This document shows positions 40,897 through 50,130 of a stretch of DNA of 51,074 bases, one piece after another. Every line of letters starts with the position of its first letter. The stretch's first letter is position 1. The notes beneath the pieces are model-generated. The model had not been told where the DNA came from. It was given only the letters and a program-made list of their open reading frames with translations, and made no database searches. This DNA comes from a virus: positions 1 to 51,074 of IMG/VR virus record IMGVR_UViG_3300039239_000007; one strand, 5' to 3'. The position numbers and the translations under genes were made by a program.

Positions 40897-41350
40897 TTCG
40901 CCCAACAGGGCAACGGAATGCGAGGCGGCGCTGAAACGCAGAAGCGCATCAAGGTGTGATCGTAGGCCCGGGTCTCGGATGGGCAATTCATCTTGAATTC
41001 ACCAGCCTAATTCCGATCAAGGGGGCGAGACCTCCTCGGTAGGCAGATGAACGGACGATCAAGCCACGGTAGCGTGGCCGGCATCCAGAAAAGCACGGCG
41101 GCCGGGTAGGGTGCAATAGCCATGACACCGACGACGCCCGCGAGCAAGCTTGCACCCGGTTCCTTGAACCAACCAACGCGGCATACATCGGCAAGATAAA
41201 CGACAACGGCGATATCAGGTCAGCACTGTTTGACGATGAGGGCGAGCCACTCGCGATCGGTCCAGAAATGACGCTTCGCCAGGTCGCAATGACAAACGGC
41301 TTCGTGGTCGTATCCAGACATTGACCGTATTCGCCCACAGGAGCCCGCTG

Positions 41351-41605
41351 ATGCGCTGGATCGTCAATCTTGGTCTACTGGCTGCTGTTGTTCTCTTTGC
41401 GCTGTGGCGGCCGTCTGACGCAAAGCAGGTCGCATATCTGCCGAGGCTCGATAGACCGGCGGAAGCGGAAGCCATCGCGATCCGACCGAACCGCCCGTGC
41501 ATCGTGGATCGAGCGCCAGTCGTCATTCAATGGCAGGTGGTCGACCAGAGCGGCAAGCGAAAGACTGCGGGTGAGACGATAATCCGGCGCGGGTGTGTAA
41601 GGTAA
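41351..41605 (+). CDS. Small protein with an N-terminal signal/anchor
   Basis: MRWIVNLGLLAAVVLFALWRPSDAKQ... AGGAG lies 7 nt upstream. Internal Met of ORF 41321..41605. Confidence 0.55.
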   Translation: MRWIVNLGLLAAVVLFALWRPSDAKQVAYLPRLDRPAEAEAIAIRPNRPCIVDRAPVVIQWQVVDQSGKRKTAGETIIRRGCVR

Positions 41606-41614
41606 AGAGGCATC

Positions 41615-42109
41615 ATGCCAGTTCTGAAAAACCCAAGGCACGAGAGGATGGCGCAAGGTCTCGCCAAGGGTCTGTCGGCAGAGAAGGCGCACGTCGAAGC
41701 CGGGTTCAAGCAGAACAGGCACAACGCGGCCGCTTTAGCACGTGAGGAACACATTTCAACACGCGTGACCGAACTGCAGTCCAAGGCCGTCAAGAAGGTC
41801 GAGATCACCGTAGACAGCCTCGCACAGGAGCTTGAAGAGGCTCGCGCTATTGCCCTAGCCGAGAAGCAGTCGAGCGCGGCTGTGAGCGCCACAATGGGCA
41901 AGGCGAAGCTCTTTGGTTTGGGGGTAGAGAAGCGGCACCTTAGTGGGACTCTGCAGGTCATCAACATAACGGCAAAGCAACTGGAAGCGCTGAACGACGA
42001 TGAACTTGCCGCTCTCGAAACAGCATATCCAGTTCTCCAGAAGCTCGGGCTTATCGCTGCAGGCGATCCGGGCGGAGAGACAGGCGAGGGAAGCGAACAA
42101 GAGGATTGA
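41615..42109 (+). CDS. terS: Terminase small subunit (P27/Terminase_2-like)
   Basis: MPVLKNPRHERMAQGLAKGLSAEKAHVEAGFKQNRHNAAALAREEHISTRVTELQ is the typical N-terminal HTH pattern. Lies directly upstream of terL. Confidence 0.8.
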   Translation: MPVLKNPRHERMAQGLAKGLSAEKAHVEAGFKQNRHNAAALAREEHISTRVTELQSKAVKKVEITVDSLAQELEEARAIALAEKQSSAAVSATMGKAKLFGLGVEKRHLSGTLQVINITAKQLEALNDDELAALETAYPVLQKLGLIAAGDPGGETGEGSEQED

Positions 42110-43667
42110 AGAAGAGGCGGCGCAGGCTGGCGTCTCCCTTGCATCCTTCATCCGCGGTGGCTGGCATGTACTGGAGCCGGGTAGGGCATTCGTCCACGGC
42201 TGGCACATCGACGCAATATCGGATCATCTGAAGTCGATCACTGATGGCGGGCTAAGCCGCCTCATCATCAACGTTCCGCCCGGCACGATGAAGTCTCTGA
42301 CCGTCGGTGTGTTCTGGCCGGCGTGGGAGTGGGGGCCGCTGAACAAGCCTTGGCTTCGCACGATTGCGACGGCCTATAAGGAAGGTCTGGCCAAGCGAGA
42401 CAACATCAAGGCTCGGCGCCTGGTGCAGTCGCAGTGGTTCAGGGATAGGTGGGGTAGCCAGTTCAGCCTCATGCCGGATCAGAACTCGACGCTCAAGTTT
42501 GAGAATGATCTGGCTGGGTTCAGAGCGGCCATGTCTTTCCAGTCTCTGACTGGCGAGCGCGGTGACCGGGTGATCATTGATGACCCTCTATCCGTCGACA
42601 TGGCAAAATCTGACGCTGACAGGATCACAGCAAAGGAAACCTTTCTAGAGGCTGTGCCGTCTCGTCTGAGCGACCCTGAGACTTCGGCTATTGTCATTGT
42701 CATGCAGCGCCTGCACGAAGAAGACACGACCGGCGTAGCACTGTCAAAGAACCTTGGGTACGAGCACCTGATGCTCCCCATGGAATTCGAGCCAGAGCGG
42801 CGCTGTTACACTGTGGTGAAGCCTTCATTCCATGACGAGAAGCCGCGCTTGGGCCGGTACGACGCTGGAAAGCAGGTCTGGTACTTCGAAGGCGACGACA
42901 TCCCCGAGAACCGGAGAGAGTATGTCGAAAAGTCGGAACGGAAAGCGGTTTACTCTCAAGATATTCGGACGGAAGAGGGCGAGCTTCTATTCACCAAGCG
43001 CTTCTCTCGTGAAGTGGTGGAGCGCGATAAGATATCGCTCGGCTCGGTAGGGCACGCGGGACAAAACCAGCAGCGACCGGCGCCACGCGGTGGTGGCATG
43101 TTCAAGCGGGCATACTTCAGCATCGTGAAGGCTATCCCGGCGGGGACGGAGTTTGTCCGAGGCTGGGACTTGGCGGCAACACAAGGCGGAGATGGCGCAA
43201 GAACGGCAGGTGTTAAGATCGGTCGCATGCCAGATGGCAGGTTCGTCATCGCCCACTGTGTGGCCGATAGACTTAGCCCTGCTGGAGTCAGGGCGCTGAT
43301 AAAGAACACAGCTGAGCAAGATGACGCTGCGCATTCTGACGGGTGCAGGGTCTCCCTACCAAAAGACCCAGGGCAGGCAGGTAAGGACCAATCGCAGCAG
43401 ATGATTGCCATGCTGGCCGGTCACAGCGCCTCCGCTACGCCTGAAAGCGGAGACAAGGTGACCAGAGCAGAGCCGTTCGCTGCACAGGCAGAGGCGGGCA
43501 ACGTGGTTATGCTCGAAGGTCCGTGGAACGGAGACTACCTCGATGAGGTCGAAGTGTTCCCGGCTGGTAAGCAGAAAGACATCGTGGACGCATCGTCCCG
43601 AGCATTCAATGAACTGGTGCAGCCAACGGCGCAGGTCGCCATGTTCCTGACATCACGTCACCGATAA
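42000..43667 (+). CDS. terL: Terminase large subunit
   Basis: 555 aa with WHIDAISDHLKSITDGGLSRLIINVPPGTMKS (ATPase P-loop region) and a C-terminal nuclease-like domain. The only ATG upstream of the conserved N-terminus is at 42000, 110 nt inside terS. Confidence 0.88.
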   Translation: MNLPLSKQHIQFSRSSGLSLQAIRAERQAREANKRIEEEAAQAGVSLASFIRGGWHVLEPGRAFVHGWHIDAISDHLKSITDGGLSRLIINVPPGTMKSLTVGVFWPAWEWGPLNKPWLRTIATAYKEGLAKRDNIKARRLVQSQWFRDRWGSQFSLMPDQNSTLKFENDLAGFRAAMSFQSLTGERGDRVIIDDPLSVDMAKSDADRITAKETFLEAVPSRLSDPETSAIVIVMQRLHEEDTTGVALSKNLGYEHLMLPMEFEPERRCYTVVKPSFHDEKPRLGRYDAGKQVWYFEGDDIPENRREYVEKSERKAVYSQDIRTEEGELLFTKRFSREVVERDKISLGSVGHAGQNQQRPAPRGGGMFKRAYFSIVKAIPAGTEFVRGWDLAATQGGDGARTAGVKIGRMPDGRFVIAHCVADRLSPAGVRALIKNTAEQDDAAHSDGCRVSLPKDPGQAGKDQSQQMIAMLAGHSASATPESGDKVTRAEPFAAQAEAGNVVMLEGPWNGDYLDEVEVFPAGKQKDIVDASSRAFNELVQPTAQVAMFLTSRHR

Positions 43668-43676
43668 GAGGCACCG

Positions 43677-45047
43677 ATGAACAATGTTGTGACGCTGGCG
43701 AACCGAGCAGTGCGCCAGCTGGGCGCTATGTTCCCCGGATTCTTTCCAGGTCAGAAGCACGATTACAACAAGGATTTCGGTTATCCCGACGCCATCACGT
43801 TCGATCTGCTCTACCGGATGTACCGCCGCAACGGCATCGCGACGGCAGCAGTAGACAAGACCGCGCTCAAGACATGGCAGGACACGCCATACCTGCTTGA
43901 ACAGGAGCGTGACGGCTCACAGAAGGGCAAGAGCAAGGAAACGAAGCTTGAGAAGGAAATCCGTCTCAAATTCGCTTCCATGCGCCTGTGGGCCAAGCTG
44001 GCTGAGGCGGACCGCAAGTCGATGGTGGGCGGCTACTCAGGGGTTATTCTGAGGCTCCGCGACGGGAAGGGCTTTGACAAACCTGTCGATCGGGTCGGAG
44101 GTGGGCTCAAAGGTCTCTATCGCATCGATCCTGTATGGGCTGGACAGTTGAAGGTTTCCGATTGGAATACGGACACGACGTCGGAAACCTATGGCGAGCC
44201 GACGATGTACGAGTTCAACGAGGCGAATGTAGCCGACGAGAACCCGAACAAGCGCAGCCTTCGCATTCATCCTGACCGGGTATTGATCTGGTCTGATGAT
44301 GGCACGGTGAACGGTCGCTCACTGCTGGAGCCGGGTTATAACGATCTGATCGACCTTGAGAAGATCAAGGGCGCAGGCGGTGAGGGGTTCTGGAAGAACG
44401 CCAAGAGCGCACCGGTGCTGGAAATGCCGGCCGATGTGCGTATCGCGGAAATGGCCAAGGCGATGGGCGTGACGGTTCAGGACATTGCCGACAAGATGAA
44501 CGAGCAGGTGGAGGACTTCCAGAAGGGCTTCGACCAGATGCTGATGCTGCAGGGTATGCAGGCGAAGACGCTCGGTGTCACGCTGCCCAGCCCGGAACAT
44601 TTCTTTGCGGCACCGCTTCAATCGTTCGCAGCCTCTGTAACCATGCCGGTGAAAATACTGGTGGGAATGCAGACAGGGGAGCGCGCCTCGACTGAGGACG
44701 CAGACGAATGGAACCAGACCAACATGGCACGCCGGGTGAATATCACACACCCGAACGTCATGGAGTTTGTCACCAGACTGGTGACATGGGGCATCTTGCC
44801 GGAGAAGGACTGGTTTCTCGATCAGGCGGATCTTACCGAAAGCTCGATGTCCGAGAAGGTGGACCGCGCCAACAAGATGGCGGACACCAACCAGAAGATG
44901 GGCAATCAGACCTACGTCTTCACGGATGACGAAATCCGCGCCGCCGTCGGTTACGAACCGTTGACCGACGCAGAAAAATATCGCGACGAGGCCGACGACG
45001 AGACGCAAGCCGCGCTCGGAAAGCCGGCCCCAACACAAGAGGAATAG
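43677..45047 (+). CDS. Portal protein (DUF1073/HI1409-like)
   Basis: 456 aa immediately after terL, with an acidic C-terminus. Confidence 0.75.
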   Translation: MNNVVTLANRAVRQLGAMFPGFFPGQKHDYNKDFGYPDAITFDLLYRMYRRNGIATAAVDKTALKTWQDTPYLLEQERDGSQKGKSKETKLEKEIRLKFASMRLWAKLAEADRKSMVGGYSGVILRLRDGKGFDKPVDRVGGGLKGLYRIDPVWAGQLKVSDWNTDTTSETYGEPTMYEFNEANVADENPNKRSLRIHPDRVLIWSDDGTVNGRSLLEPGYNDLIDLEKIKGAGGEGFWKNAKSAPVLEMPADVRIAEMAKAMGVTVQDIADKMNEQVEDFQKGFDQMLMLQGMQAKTLGVTLPSPEHFFAAPLQSFAASVTMPVKILVGMQTGERASTEDADEWNQTNMARRVNITHPNVMEFVTRLVTWGILPEKDWFLDQADLTESSMSEKVDRANKMADTNQKMGNQTYVFTDDEIRAAVGYEPLTDAEKYRDEADDETQAALGKPAPTQEE

Positions 45048-45049
45048 TC

Positions 45050-45310
45050 ATGGCTCCGCGGAACCAGTTTCCGTCGCGTGGTTCGCTTGACAGCGCCACC
45101 GATGCGTTTTCGATCGCGCCCAGCGATACCGTCGACCTTACCGACGTCCCGCGCGCTATCTGGGTGGGAACGGGCGGCAATATCGCCCTGGCAATGGCAT
45201 CTGGGAATGTGACGCTTATGAACGTCGCTGACGGGACTTTGCTTCCTGTCCGCCCAAGCAGAGTTCGGGCGACCGGCACGACTGCCTCCAATATAGTGGG
45301 GCTGCTGTGA
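45050..45310 (+). CDS. Hypothetical small head-module protein
   Basis: 86 aa between the portal and scaffold/protease genes. GAGGAA lies upstream. Confidence 0.6.
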   Translation: MAPRNQFPSRGSLDSATDAFSIAPSDTVDLTDVPRAIWVGTGGNIALAMASGNVTLMNVADGTLLPVRPSRVRATGTTASNIVGLL

Positions 45311-46431
45311 TGGGTAAAACAGTTCGCATCAACATTCGCTCGGTTGCCAATACAACGGCCATTCGGAAAGAAAAGCGAAACGGCCGTGACGTAGTTATCG
45401 TGCCCAGCGCCACGCTGCCGGACAACATCGTGATGAACGGCATCATGTATCCCGCCGACGAGATCGAGAAGAGTTTCGCCGGTCTCGAGCGCACGCCGGC
45501 GCCGCTAGGTCACCCGACCATCAACGGCAAGTTTGTTTCCGCGAAAGACCCTGAAGGCATCAATCTCGGCTGGATCGGCGCATGGAATGAGAACCTGCGC
45601 CGGGAGAACGGTCGGGTGTTTCTCGACAAGGTGATCGACGTGGAGACGGCAAGTCGCTCGGAAGGCGGTAAGCGTGTCCTGAACGCGATCGAGAAAGGCG
45701 AGCCTGTTCATACCTCGACGGGCCTCTTTGCTCTCCTTGAGGCTGCAAACGGCGATGTGCCGTACAAGAATATCGCTCGCGAGATCGAGTTCGACCATGA
45801 CGCTATCCTTCTTGATGAGGATGGTGCGGCCACGCCTGCTGATGGCGTCGGCATGATGGTCAACTCCAAAGGCGAGCAAGAAGAAATCGAGGTCATCAAC
45901 TCTGCCGTCGAAGACGCGGATCGTGACCTGGATTGGGCAGTGGAACATCTCGCCCGTGCTCTGGACCGTCGGCAAAAGGCTGGCGTTCTGGATCGAATGA
46001 AAGCCGCGATACTGGAAGCCCTAGGCTTTTCCGAGCGGGAATCCTCAACCAATCGAAAGGAAGACGAAATGTCTGTCTCTGATGAGCAGTTCAAGGCGCT
46101 TTCCGATGAGGTCAAGACCCTCTCGGAAGGCATGGCCAAGATCGGCGACACGATCGGAAATGCGGTGACGGCGGCATTGAAGCCCGTACTCGACGCACAG
46201 GCCGATCTGGTGGCCAACCAGAAAGCCAAGGATGACGCCGAAAAGGCTGAACTGGTCGAGAAGGTCGTGAAGGCGAACCTGCTCACCGAACCCGTTGCCA
46301 AGGAACTGACGCTGAATGCGCTCAAGGAACTGGCGTCAAAGGCTGAAGTCGGCAAGGCAACCGGCCTCAACTCGGCATTCAAGGGCAATGGCGATGACAA
46401 GCCTGCCTTCAAGCTTCCGAAGGGAGAGTAA
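45307..46431 (+). CDS. Putative prohead scaffold/protease (DUF2213-like N-terminus + coiled-coil C-terminus)
   Basis: The pattern LPDNIVMNGIMYPADEIEKSFAGLERTPAPLGHP is followed by a K/E/A-rich helical C-terminal 130 aa. Confidence 0.6.
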   Translation: MMGKTVRINIRSVANTTAIRKEKRNGRDVVIVPSATLPDNIVMNGIMYPADEIEKSFAGLERTPAPLGHPTINGKFVSAKDPEGINLGWIGAWNENLRRENGRVFLDKVIDVETASRSEGGKRVLNAIEKGEPVHTSTGLFALLEAANGDVPYKNIAREIEFDHDAILLDEDGAATPADGVGMMVNSKGEQEEIEVINSAVEDADRDLDWAVEHLARALDRRQKAGVLDRMKAAILEALGFSERESSTNRKEDEMSVSDEQFKALSDEVKTLSEGMAKIGDTIGNAVTAALKPVLDAQADLVANQKAKDDAEKAELVEKVVKANLLTEPVAKELTLNALKELASKAEVGKATGLNSAFKGNGDDKPAFKLPKGE

Positions 46432-46434
46432 ACG

Positions 46435-46884
46435 ATGGCTCGCTACAACAAGATCTATGCCGGTCCTGTTTCCGAGGTTCTGCCGCAGGTTCAGGAGCGC
46501 ATCTGCGCTGCTGCAATCCTCCCTGGCACGGCCCTCGTGGAATCTGGTTCCAGCTTCGCCCAGGCCGGCGCAAACGCTGCCGGCAAAATCTACATCGCGC
46601 AGGATAACTACCTCGCGATGAAAGGTGTCGATGACGCAACGCTCGCCAATGACCGTATCGTCGGCATGGAACCGCTCGATGAGCAGTTCTTCAACGTCCG
46701 CGTCCCGACCGGCACCAACGTCACCCGCGGGGCCAACCTGACTACCAACGGCTCTGGCAAGTTCGTCCTCGCGACGACTGGTCAGAACGTCAAGATGGTG
46801 GCCGAAGAGGCCTACAACAACACGTCTGGCGCAGACCAGCTGGTGCGAGCCCGCAAGGCTCAGCCCGGCACGGTCCAGGCATAA
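46435..46884 (+). CDS. Head structural protein (decoration-like, by position)
   Basis: 149 aa between the scaffold and major capsid genes. Confidence 0.5.
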   Translation: MARYNKIYAGPVSEVLPQVQERICAAAILPGTALVESGSSFAQAGANAAGKIYIAQDNYLAMKGVDDATLANDRIVGMEPLDEQFFNVRVPTGTNVTRGANLTTNGSGKFVLATTGQNVKMVAEEAYNNTSGADQLVRARKAQPGTVQA

Positions 46885-46896
46885 GGAGAAGTCGAC

Positions 46897-47940
46897 ATGC
46901 GCTACTTTGACGAACAGCTCGTCGCCAACTCCCGACCGCATGCGGAATGGTGGGCTGACGTTTCCATGAACCGTGAGCACTTCCATCAGGTGGAAGAGCA
47001 TATGGCATCGCTCTCGAATGCCGCCGCTATCCTCCCGCGCGATGCGTGGATCGATATCGACAGCATCACCCGCCGCGTTCTGCGCGACGATGAGGGTGAG
47101 GTCTATATGCGCGACCTGATGGCTCTGGCTCGCCCGATCAATATCGGCAAGCTCGTCAGCATGACCCGCGTGGCCTCCGATTCCTCCAACCCGGTCATCC
47201 GCTCCATGTCGGGGCAGGTGCCGGTTCCGATGGACAAGGTGGTCTATGCCTTCCGCGGCACGCCGATCCCGATCTTTCAGGACGGTTACGGCCGTGAATG
47301 GCGCGAGTGGAATACGCTCCAGTCGGAAAACTTCGACGCCATCGCAGATGACGAAGAAGCGGCAAACGCCAAGATCAAGAAGGATCAGGCCGATTATGTC
47401 CTCAACGGCGATACCTCCATCGTCTTCCAGGGCTATTCCGGCACGGGCATCCGCAGCAACCCGCTGGCGAAGGCGATCAACATCGGCGCGTCCGGTGCGA
47501 ATATCGACCTGACGTCGACTGCCACCACATCGGATGCCATCGACAACTTCTTCACCCAGACGCTGGGTGCGATGCTCGATGCCAATCTGATCACGGGCAA
47601 GGTGAACATTTACGTCTCGCCCGAGATCGGTCGCAACCTCGACCGCTCCTACTCCGGCTCGGCCGGCTTCAAGGGCGGCTCGCTGCTGCAGTATCTGCTC
47701 ACCAATCGTCGCATCAACAAGATCGAAGTTACCTTCAAGCTCTCGGGCAACGAGTTCTTCGGGTTCGTTCCTTCGGCTGAGTTCATCCGCCCGCTGGTCG
47801 GCATGGCGGTGAACACCACGGCGATGCCCCGTCTTTACCCGACGGCGAACTATCAGTTCCTCAAGATGGGTGCGATGGGCCTCGAAATCCGGGCCGATTA
47901 CAACGGCAAGAGCGGCGTCTTCTACAGCACGTCCACCTGA
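46897..47940 (+). CDS. Major capsid protein (DUF2184/HK97-fold-like, by position)
   Basis: 347 aa. AAGGAG lies 8 nt upstream. Followed by a stable hairpin. An alternative start MASLSNAAA lies at 47002. Confidence 0.7.
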   Translation: MRYFDEQLVANSRPHAEWWADVSMNREHFHQVEEHMASLSNAAAILPRDAWIDIDSITRRVLRDDEGEVYMRDLMALARPINIGKLVSMTRVASDSSNPVIRSMSGQVPVPMDKVVYAFRGTPIPIFQDGYGREWREWNTLQSENFDAIADDEEAANAKIKKDQADYVLNGDTSIVFQGYSGTGIRSNPLAKAINIGASGANIDLTSTATTSDAIDNFFTQTLGAMLDANLITGKVNIYVSPEIGRNLDRSYSGSAGFKGGSLLQYLLTNRRINKIEVTFKLSGNEFFGFVPSAEFIRPLVGMAVNTTAMPRLYPTANYQFLKMGAMGLEIRADYNGKSGVFYSTST

Positions 47941-47946
47941 TCATGA

Positions 47947-47966
47947 GCCTCGCCTTCGGGCGGGGC
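47947..47966 (+). terminator. GC hairpin with a UUCG loop just after the capsid gene (no U-tract; attenuator/stabiliser candidate)
   Basis: GCCTCGCC-ttcg-GGCGGGGC forms an 8-bp stem (one G-U), starting 7 nt after the stop. Confidence 0.45.
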
Positions 47967-48000
47967 CACCATCATCAACGGCTGTAAGGAGGCCGAACCA

Positions 48001-48378
48001 ATGAAGATTCGTTTGAAAGCGCCGGCTGGTCTCAGCTCCACCGGCATTTACGGCAAAGACGGCAAGGAAATGGAAGTCGGCGCCGTGCTTGACCTGAAGG
48101 AAGAGCCGCAGGGCTGGGCTGGTCGTTATGACATCCTCGAAGGCGACGGCGCCGGCGAAGACAAGGCCAAGGACAAGGGCGGCGCGAAGACGGCCATCAT
48201 CAATCCCGCTGAAGCCAAGGCTCCATTCCAGGCCAAGGACAAGGGCGGCGGCTGGTGGGCCATCTATGACGCCGACGGCAAGGAAGTGAAGTCTCTCCGC
48301 AAGGATGACGCGGAAATCTTCAATGCCCTGTCCGACGAAGACAAGGCCGCGCACGTCGCGAACCTGAAAACGGAGTAA
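48001..48378 (+). CDS. Hypothetical head-module protein
   Basis: 125 aa. AAGGAGG lies upstream. K/D/G-rich. Confidence 0.6.
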   Translation: MKIRLKAPAGLSSTGIYGKDGKEMEVGAVLDLKEEPQGWAGRYDILEGDGAGEDKAKDKGGAKTAIINPAEAKAPFQAKDKGGGWWAIYDADGKEVKSLRKDDAEIFNALSDEDKAAHVANLKTE

Positions 48379-48384
48379 CGAGAC

Positions 48385-48876
48385 ATGGCAGGCTATGGTG
48401 ATGACGGCGGTTTCACGGCGTGGCTATCCGATAACGGGTATGTTCTCCCCGCCGATGCGCCAGCGCCTGCCGTTCTCCGCAACCGTGGGAGCCAGTACAT
48501 CGATGCGGTGTATGGCTCTCGGTTTGTCGGTTCCGTTGTAGACGCCACGCAGGAACGCCAATGGCCGCGTGAAGGCGCTATCGTGAATGGCAAGCTTTTG
48601 CCTTCCGATGTGGTGCCGATCGCCGTCATAAACGCCTCATATCAGGCGGCATGGCAGGAAGCGACGAACCCCGGCAGCCTCAGCGTGGTCGGCTCGGCGT
48701 CAGGCGCTGTTGTGCGTGAAAAGGTCGGGTCGCTTGAGGTTCAGTATGCCAACGCCCAGAGCGACGGCACGGCTACCTCGATCACCCCGTTGATTTCCAT
48801 TGTCGATGGGATGCTGGCGCCGTTCCTCAAGGACGAAGACTTGCCCTATATCGGTATCTGGTCTGTGGGGTGCTGA
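48385..48876 (+). CDS. Head-tail adaptor (DnaT-like/gp6-like connector)
   Basis: YIDAVYGSRFVGSVVDATQERQWPREGA...VVPIAVINASYQAAW is a pattern typical of head completion adaptors. Confidence 0.55.
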   Translation: MAGYGDDGGFTAWLSDNGYVLPADAPAPAVLRNRGSQYIDAVYGSRFVGSVVDATQERQWPREGAIVNGKLLPSDVVPIAVINASYQAAWQEATNPGSLSVVGSASGAVVREKVGSLEVQYANAQSDGTATSITPLISIVDGMLAPFLKDEDLPYIGIWSVGC

Positions 48877-49233
48877 ATGGCAACCTTCGACTACGCCCGC
48901 GCAAGGGCCACGGCTGAAAGGCTGATCGCCAAGTTCGGAATGCCTGGCGCCATCCGCCGCATGGTCAAGACCGGCCCAGACTACGACCCCGAGATCACCG
49001 AGACTGATTATCCGTGCACGCTGGTCACGCTGGAATATGACGACGCCAAGTTAGACGGCACGCTGATCCGCAAGACGGACAAGCTGATCTACGTTTCGAC
49101 TGCTGGGCTTAGCATCGCGCTGGCAGAGAGCGACAAGGTCGTTGCGGCTGGCGAAGTGTACGCCATCGAGAACCTGAAGCCGCTGTCACCGGCCGGTATT
49201 GTGGTCTATTACGAGGTTCAGGGCAGGCGATAA
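48877..49233 (+). CDS. Putative head closure / head-tail joining protein
   Basis: 118 aa, abutting the adaptor gene stop. Confidence 0.5.
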   Translation: MATFDYARARATAERLIAKFGMPGAIRRMVKTGPDYDPEITETDYPCTLVTLEYDDAKLDGTLIRKTDKLIYVSTAGLSIALAESDKVVAAGEVYAIENLKPLSPAGIVVYYEVQGRR

Positions 49234-49243
49234 GGGTAAGGCG

Positions 49244-49522
49244 ATGACAGAGACGATGATTGAACGAGTGGCTAGGGCAATCTGCGTTGCCTCCGGGCTC
49301 GACCCTGACAGGCCGTTCTCATCCTCAAACTACAGCAAGGAAACCGAGCCGCAGGAGTTCGCGTGGCATGAGTATCTGCCAGAGGCTCGTGCGGCTATCA
49401 ACGCGATGCGCGAGCCTACAGAGGCGATGGAGGATGCAGGTAACTCTGCGACCTACATTTGGATCGATGAAACCTCTGCCGATGTTTGGCCGAGGATGAT
49501 CGATGCGGCGCTAAAGGAGTGA
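49244..49522 (+). CDS. Hypothetical protein, tandem paralogue A
   Basis: MTETMIERVARAI...AAINAMREPTEAMEDAG...MIDAALKE. Internal Met of ORF 49199..49522. Confidence 0.55.
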   Translation: MTETMIERVARAICVASGLDPDRPFSSSNYSKETEPQEFAWHEYLPEARAAINAMREPTEAMEDAGNSATYIWIDETSADVWPRMIDAALKE

Positions 49523-49525
49523 CCA

Positions 49526-49828
49526 GTGGCTGAAACGATGATCGACAGGGTGGCAAAGGCCATCAAGGCCGAAACTGACAAGTTCGATATGCCGGTCAAT
49601 CTCTACATCGATCCGGAAGCTGGCGCCCGATTTGAGCGTGAGAACCCCGGCAAAGACCGCTTTCTTGATGCTGAACTTGACGAACTAGAAAGCTACAGGA
49701 TCATCGCGCGAGCAGCTTTGACAGCCATGAGCGATCCCACTCCACAGATGAAAGAGGCGGCGAACTTTTCGTTCGGCTCCGGCGAAGAATCGTACCAAGA
49801 CGCCATCAAGGCGGCCCTCAAGGAATAA
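49526..49828 (+). CDS. Hypothetical protein, tandem paralogue B (GTG start)
   Basis: MAETMIDRVAKAI...AALTAMSDPTPQMKEAA...AIKAALKE. Confidence 0.55.
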   Translation: MAETMIDRVAKAIKAETDKFDMPVNLYIDPEAGARFERENPGKDRFLDAELDELESYRIIARAALTAMSDPTPQMKEAANFSFGSGEESYQDAIKAALKE

Positions 49829-49957
49829 CCATTGAACGACAACGTGCCGCCATCGATCGCAGCCCGCATTCTCGTGCGCGGCGTGATCATCGGCTTCCTT
49901 ATTGCATGCGCCGCAAGGCTTGGCTGGGCCGCTGGTGGCTGGTTGATGGGATGAGGC

Positions 49958-50092
49958 ATGAAAACAGAGCACAATGGCGCAAAGAATGGCGACAAGCGCG
50001 GCAAGCGCCATGAGGTGAAGGCCATCTCGAAGAAAACGCGGCGACAAAACGACAAGGCAGAGATTATGAACCGTTGTCACCGGGCGGTTTGA
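49958..50092 (+). CDS. Possible very basic mini-ORF (44 aa)
   Basis: MKTEHNGAKNGDKRGKRHEVKAISKKTRRQNDKAEIMNRCHRAV. Weak ribosome-binding context. It fills an otherwise ORF-free 300 nt. Confidence 0.2.
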   Translation: MKTEHNGAKNGDKRGKRHEVKAISKKTRRQNDKAEIMNRCHRAV

Positions 50093-50130
50093 CCGATTAA
50101 GTACACCATCATCAAGAGCTAGAGGGCCTA

